From: Cytophagales bacterium
GTDB lineage: Bacteria; Bacteroidota; Bacteroidia; Cytophagales; UBA9547
Direction of reading: 5' to 3'
Assembly: GCA_025360395.1 (NCBI GenBank)
Contig: JANYCH010000199.1
Span: 1 to 33,910, forward strand
DNA: 33,910 bases
The notes below the pieces were generated by a model, which searched no databases, was not told where the DNA came from, and saw nothing but the letters and a program-made list of their open reading frames with translations. Of the stretch, positions 29,047 through 33,910 are shown one piece after another (position 1 is the first letter of the stretch; the number at the start of each line of letters is the position of its first letter). The translations under genes were made by a program, and so were the position numbers.

Positions 29047-31450
29047 GGTGTCTTACGTTTATGGAAATTTCTATTCTTCTGTGAAGTTTGCTATCATCTT
29101 GTGCATTTGGCACTTTTTTATCTTCAACGTATTTGGAAGTAATCATATTTGAGCTAAACCCTCTGTGAACTAGATATCTAACTATGGCATCTGTTCTTTT
29201 CTTCGCCAGTTCTGCACCTTCTTTGGAATTACTTTCTGAATGGCCTTCGACAAGAATTGGTAATTTGTTTTCCTTTAACAATTTAACAAATTCAAGCAAA
29301 TCTTTATTTACAGAATCGGTAAGATCTGTTTTCTTACCAGGGAAATACACCCTCATTTTATACTTATTGTCTTTCACCGTAATCAATTTTGTAGAAAGTG
29401 GATCAGTAGATTTTACATATTTATCTTCTCTGGTTTTTCTTTCTCTTTCCAAACTGTCCCTTTCTTTTCTAAAATAAAAAGCATTAAAAGTGTTTTCATA
29501 TCTGGTTTTGAATTTAAACTTATCTACAAAAATAAATTCACTTCTTCTATTCAATTGTCTGCTTTCCGGAGTAATGTTATTTGCTACAGGGAAATCTTCT
29601 CCATAACCGACTGGCAATAACCTGGTTGAATCTATTCCGTTTTCAACAAGATATTTAACCACAGCTTTTGCCCTGTTTTTAGAAAGTTTCATATTATAAA
29701 TATTATTTGCAATAGAATCTGTATGTGCAGCTATCTCAACATATTTATCAGGATTCGATTTTAGAAGCTTTACCAATCTGTCAAGTTCAGTTTTAGATTG
29801 TGGCCTTAAAGTCGATTTATCGTAATCAAAAAATACATTGTTCAATACTGCGACTTTATCAATTTCACCCACTGGTTCCAGTTCGAGATTTTGTTCTATT
29901 TCCATGAATTTGTCAGCCTCCTGAATGTTTATATGCTCTGAATGAAATACATATCCCTCTGCTTCAGCTGTTACAGAAAAATCTTTTCCTACAGGCAAAA
30001 CTAAAACATACTTACCTGTTAAGCTGTTAGAATTAATTACCCCAACAATCTCTCCTTTTGAAAGATTAAAAATATTCAGTACTGCAGCTACAGGTTTATT
30101 GGTTTTTTTATCGGTAACTTTTCCTTTAAGCACAACAACAAAATTGCTTACCTCTTTTTTACTTGCCATGTAAATATCCTTTTCTCCATAAGTATCAGCT
30201 CTTATTGAAGAAAAATAAGCTCGTGTACCATCGGCAGACCATACTAAAAAAAGATCGTCATCTGCAGTATTAATAGGATAACCCACATTTTCAGGTTCAG
30301 ACCATTCTTTTGTATCTTCATTATAAACTGTTTTAAATATGTCATAGCCGCCCATAGAAGCATGCCCCATAGAACTAAAATATAGAGTTTTACCATCTGG
30401 GTGGATATATGGACAATCTTCATCAAATTCTGTATTTACTTTGATACTAAGGTCTTCAGCAACGCCCCAATTCCCATCAGCCATCCTCCTGGAAACATAA
30501 ATATCTTTGTGGCCTTTGCCACCTGGTTTATCGCTTGTGAAATACAATGTCCGTTCGTCAGCTGTAATACTTGCATGAGATTCCCAATAAGGTGAATTGA
30601 TATTTTCACTCATCTTAACAGGTTTCTTCCAATTTGCGCCATCCAGGTCGCTTACATAAATATCTCCTGCTAAAATCTTATTACTGGGTTGAGGCTTATA
30701 GAGGAATAGTTCCTGGCCATCCGGTGAAAGCCCAATTGCAGCATCATGCCCGTTAGTATTTATTACCGGACCTATACCTTTTGCTTCTCCCCACTCTTTG
30801 CCTTCTTTCACAGAAATATAAACATCTTCAAAGTAACAGTTGTGGAGTTCGTCAAAACCTCCACCGGTTGTAGTATTTCTTTTTGAAGTAAATATTAATT
30901 CCGTTTCATCAGCAGATATAACAGGGGCATAATCTGAATATTTAGAATTTATTTTTGGTCCAAGATTGGTAATCTCATAGTTTAAGGGGTTGGCCATTAA
31001 CTTTTTAGCCAGTTCGCACTGAGCTATTAATCTGTTGATTTCCTTATTATCTGCCTCAATTATGGGTTTTTTATCATTCACATATTTCCTGTGGTGACCA
31101 TAACTCTCAATAGCCTTATCAAATTGATGATCAAGATGATAAATCCTTCCTAGCATTAAGTCCATTTCATGGTGCTTGTGCAATAGCTTTTTGGCTTTTA
31201 AAAAATAGGGAAGAGCTTTTAATTTGTATTCAGAATTATAATAACAAACACCTATCCTGTAATTTATTTCAGCATTGTCAGGACTTAGGCTATCAAGTCT
31301 AAGATATAGGGGAAGTGCCTGGGCATATTCCTCCACACGAAAATATTCTGTCGCATTAGATTTTATCTCCCGAATGTTGTTTTGTGCAACCGACTGATTT
31401 ACAATAATTAAAAAGATAAAAAAGTAAAAAATGATGCCTGATTTAAACAT
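29036..31450 (-). CDS. TPR-PD40-OmpA_C protein with a second, degenerate OmpA-like domain
   Basis: Same architecture as its neighbour (NVFFDYDK, AHTD, NRRSEF), plus a C-terminal VYF...VEGHSE...LAKKRTDAIVRYL...HRRIEI repeat. Confidence 0.88.
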   Translation of the reverse strand: MFKSGIIFYFFIFLIIVNQSVAQNNIREIKSNATEYFRVEEYAQALPLYLRLDSLSPDNAEINYRIGVCYYNSEYKLKALPYFLKAKKLLHKHHEMDLMLGRIYHLDHQFDKAIESYGHHRKYVNDKKPIIEADNKEINRLIAQCELAKKLMANPLNYEITNLGPKINSKYSDYAPVISADETELIFTSKRNTTTGGGFDELHNCYFEDVYISVKEGKEWGEAKGIGPVINTNGHDAAIGLSPDGQELFLYKPQPSNKILAGDIYVSDLDGANWKKPVKMSENINSPYWESHASITADERTLYFTSDKPGGKGHKDIYVSRRMADGNWGVAEDLSIKVNTEFDEDCPYIHPDGKTLYFSSMGHASMGGYDIFKTVYNEDTKEWSEPENVGYPINTADDDLFLVWSADGTRAYFSSIRADTYGEKDIYMASKKEVSNFVVVLKGKVTDKKTNKPVAAVLNIFNLSKGEIVGVINSNSLTGKYVLVLPVGKDFSVTAEAEGYVFHSEHINIQEADKFMEIEQNLELEPVGEIDKVAVLNNVFFDYDKSTLRPQSKTELDRLVKLLKSNPDKYVEIAAHTDSIANNIYNMKLSKNRAKAVVKYLVENGIDSTRLLPVGYGEDFPVANNITPESRQLNRRSEFIFVDKFKFKTRYENTFNAFYFRKERDSLERERKTREDKYVKSTDPLSTKLITVKDNKYKMRVYFPGKKTDLTDSVNKDLLEFVKLLKENKLPILVEGHSESNSKEGAELAKKRTDAIVRYLVHRGFSSNMITSKYVEDKKVPNAQDDSKLHRRIEISINVRHLED

Positions 31451-31554
31451 AGGTTTCTTTTTTTTATATAGAAGTGCGTAAAAATAACAAATTACTTGCT
31501 TTCTATATTTAAGAAAGAAATATTTGTATCATTTACAGTTAATAATTTATTATT

Positions 31555-32277
31555 TTGACAACAAAAACCCTCTATCTAATCCCTAGTAATTTAAGCGAAG
31601 CCCCCGTTCCGGGCATGTTACCCCCATTTTTACTGGATGTAATTTTAAAAACCAAATATTATTTTGCAGAGGAGTTAAGGACATCAAGAAGATTTATCTC
31701 TTCTTTAAAACTAGGGATAAAAATTGAAGGCCTCCAGTTTTATGAATTAAATAAGAAAACCAGCAGGACCGAATTGAAAGATATTTTACTCTCAATTCCT
31801 GCTGAGGTGGAAGAAATTGGTGTAATGTCAGAAGCTGGATGCCCTGGGGTGGCCGATCCTGGTGCGAAAATTGTTGCCATTGCACATGAACAAGGTTGGA
31901 AAGTAGTTCCTATTCCCGGCCCTTCCTCAATTATATTAGGTTTAATGGGGTCTGGTTTTAATGGACAGCAGTTTTCTTTTGACGGATACCTTCCTATAAA
32001 CAACGAGGACAGGGCAAAAGCAATGCGGAAAATTGAAGAAGATGTGAATAATAAAGGAACGACACATATTTTTATCGAAACCCCATTTAGAAACCAAATT
32101 GTTTTGGTGGAGCTTTTAAAAAACTTGAATCCCCAAACTCTTCTTTGCCTTGCAATAAACCTTACCTCAGATACAGAATCAGTAGTGACAAAAAGAGTTG
32201 CAGTCTGGAAGAATAATATTCCGAATATACACAAAATACCAACTATATTTCTGATAGGAAAGTCTGAAGCAAAATAA
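31555..32277 (+). CDS. Tetrapyrrole-methylase family SAM methyltransferase (RsmI-like paralog)
   Basis: LYLIP, MSEAGCPGVADPG, PIPGPSS, FDGYLP and FIETPFRN motifs; TTG start. Confidence 0.85.
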   Translation: MTTKTLYLIPSNLSEAPVPGMLPPFLLDVILKTKYYFAEELRTSRRFISSLKLGIKIEGLQFYELNKKTSRTELKDILLSIPAEVEEIGVMSEAGCPGVADPGAKIVAIAHEQGWKVVPIPGPSSIILGLMGSGFNGQQFSFDGYLPINNEDRAKAMRKIEEDVNNKGTTHIFIETPFRNQIVLVELLKNLNPQTLLCLAINLTSDTESVVTKRVAVWKNNIPNIHKIPTIFLIGKSEAK

Positions 32278-32332
32278 TATTGCGAATTATACCCAATAGT
32301 AAAAATTTATTTTTTTTATTTATTTCCCTGAA

Positions 32333-32340
32333 TACCTTTG
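32333..32340 (+). promoter_or_regulatory. -7 promoter element for metK
   Basis: TACCTTTG matches TAnnTTTG, 40 nt before the ATG. Confidence 0.55.
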
Positions 32341-32380
32341 TTCTTTTAATAGAATATTCATTTAAACAGATTAATTTAAA

Positions 32381-33691
32381 ATGGCTTTATTATTCACTTC
32401 AGAATCAGTTTCGGAAGGACATCCGGATAAGGTTGCTGACCAGATTTCAGATGCTATCCTTGATGCCATGCTAGCACAGGACCCTTCATCACGTGTTGCC
32501 TGCGAAACCCTTGTTACAACAGGATTAGCAGTAGTAGCAGGAGAAATTACAACTAAAGCATATGTTGATGTTCAGGAAGTAATCAGAAAAACAATTGCGA
32601 ATATTGGATACACCAAAGCGGAATATATGTTTGAAGCCCGCTCTTGCGGAATCATCAACGCACTGCATTCCCAATCTCCAGACATTGCGCAAGGAGTAAA
32701 TGAGGGAGAAGGTTTAGACAAAGACCAAGGGGCAGGAGATCAGGGAATGATGTTTGGCTACGCCAGCAAAGAAACACCAGAATATATGCCAATGGCACTT
32801 GCTTTTTCTCACCGTATAGTAAAATACATGGCTGAAATAAGAAAAGCTGGTAAAATGATGACCTACCTGAGACCAGATACTAAGTCACAAGTAACAATTG
32901 AATATGACAGTAAAGGAAAAGCTTTAAGAGTAGATACTATTGTTGTTTCAACACAGCATGATGATTTCGTTAAACCTGCTGACAGCAGCAAACAAGCAAA
33001 AGAAAAAGCTGATTCTGCTATGTTGGAAGTAATCAAAAAAGATATTCTGGAACAAATAATTCCTGCATGTATCCCAAAAGAATTACTTGATGCTAAAACC
33101 AAATATTATGTAAACCCAACAGGGGTTTTTGTAATAGGTGGGCCTCACGGTGACTCTGGCTTAACAGGCCGTAAAATTATTGTGGACACTTATGGAGGAA
33201 AAGGAGCACATGGTGGAGGTGCATTTTCAGGGAAAGACCCTTCTAAAGTTGACAGAAGTGCAGCATATGCTGCAAGGCACATCGCTAAAAACCTGGTCGC
33301 TGCAGGTGTGGCAGATGAAGTATTGGTACAAGTTGCTTACGCAATCGGAATTGCGAAACCAGTTTCAGTTAATGTGAACACTTACGGTACTAACAAAACA
33401 GGTTTGAATGATGAGCAAATTGCGACTGAAGTGGCCCAGATATTCGACCTTAGGCCTAAAGCTATTATTGACAGGTTTGGATTGAAAAACCCTATTTATT
33501 CTGAAACGGCGAAATATGGCCACATGGGGCGGGAGCCTTATGAAAAAGAAGTTGATGTAAACTATGTCACCTTGGAAGAAAAAGGCAACCAGGTAATTGA
33601 AGTACGTACCGCATCTAAAAAGAAAGTCCAGTTCTTTGGTTGGGAAAAACTTGACTATGTTGATAAACTGAAGAAAGCTTTTTCTTTGTAA
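32381..33691 (+). CDS. metK: Methionine adenosyltransferase
   Basis: [28 protein letters not shown] and DRSAAY signatures. Confidence 0.98.
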   Translation: MALLFTSESVSEGHPDKVADQISDAILDAMLAQDPSSRVACETLVTTGLAVVAGEITTKAYVDVQEVIRKTIANIGYTKAEYMFEARSCGIINALHSQSPDIAQGVNEGEGLDKDQGAGDQGMMFGYASKETPEYMPMALAFSHRIVKYMAEIRKAGKMMTYLRPDTKSQVTIEYDSKGKALRVDTIVVSTQHDDFVKPADSSKQAKEKADSAMLEVIKKDILEQIIPACIPKELLDAKTKYYVNPTGVFVIGGPHGDSGLTGRKIIVDTYGGKGAHGGGAFSGKDPSKVDRSAAYAARHIAKNLVAAGVADEVLVQVAYAIGIAKPVSVNVNTYGTNKTGLNDEQIATEVAQIFDLRPKAIIDRFGLKNPIYSETAKYGHMGREPYEKEVDVNYVTLEEKGNQVIEVRTASKKKVQFFGWEKLDYVDKLKKAFSL

Positions 33692-33706
33692 TAAAAATTA
33701 ATTAAT

Positions 33707-33746
33707 AAACATGAAAGGCTGCCCTAAAAGCAGCCTTTCATGTTTT
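33707..33746 (+). terminator. Intrinsic terminator after metK
   Basis: 16-bp inverted repeat AAACATGAAAGGCTGC-CCTAAAA-GCAGCCTTTCATGTTT, ending in a T run. Confidence 0.88.
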
Positions 33747-33866
33747 AAACTTTATACGTGATTTTTAAAGACAATGTGGTCAAAGATGGTTGGTAAAACC
33801 TCTGTAAATAATTGACTCAAAAGGGTTTCGATAGTATATATTGAAACTCTTTTGAATTTCAATAAT

Positions 33867-33910
33867 ATGTCAAAAAAAAATCTTGTTGGGGTTGTCATAG
33901 TAAAGAGGTA
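33867..33910 (+). CDS. Possible start of the next gene (partial)
   Basis: ATG after A-rich AATAAT; MSKKNLVGVVIVKR is open to the window end. Too short to confirm. Confidence 0.3.
   Translation, partial: MSKKNLVGVVIVKR

Noticed and set aside
32278-32380. SAM riboswitch upstream of metK; 32280..32474 ORF
   Set aside because: Short AT-rich spacer with a -7 element 40 nt from the ATG and no SAM-I/II core. The ORF overlaps metK out of frame.
945-33377. Many short antisense or out-of-frame ORFs in the track (e.g. 3392..3739, 10436..10852, 21392..21817, 31740..32234)
   Set aside because: They overlap well-supported genes and show no family motifs.
19101-33691. Apparent clustering of SAM-related genes (cheR, two methyltransferases, metK)
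   Set aside because: Separate transcription units and common gene families; no evidence of a joint system.
1-33910. CRISPR array, IS elements, rRNA
   Set aside because: No regularly spaced repeats, transposase ORFs or rRNA-like sequence; nearly all sequence is explained by coding genes.

Overview
AT-rich chromosomal window from a Bacteroidota bacterium, probably Cytophagales. The placement is inferred from TAnnTTTG promoters, A-rich starts without Shine-Dalgarno motifs, a T9SS C-terminal domain, Gln after signal-peptide cleavage sites, and the yceD-rpmF-plsX-fabH-efp-accB-accC order. Most genes are housekeeping: dusB, aconitase, lpxK, the fatty-acid cluster, M20 amidohydrolase, two SAM methyltransferases and metK. 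Also present are envelope proteins (OMP beta-barrel, AsmA-like, two tandem TPR-PD40-OmpA proteins), a TauE/SafE transporter, and a receptor-less CHASE3/GAF hybrid kinase-CheR-CheB-kinase cluster. The most interesting signal is not in the ORF track. At 16754-17248 a consensus promoter is followed by a possibly leaderless 28-aa peptide ending in four consecutive Cys codons. Those codons are complementary to the start region of a downstream Cys-free 89-aa ORF, which ends 6 nt before a tRNA-Cys(GCA) gene. This looks like a cysteine-sensing attenuator cassette. No CRISPR array, integrase or IS element was seen.
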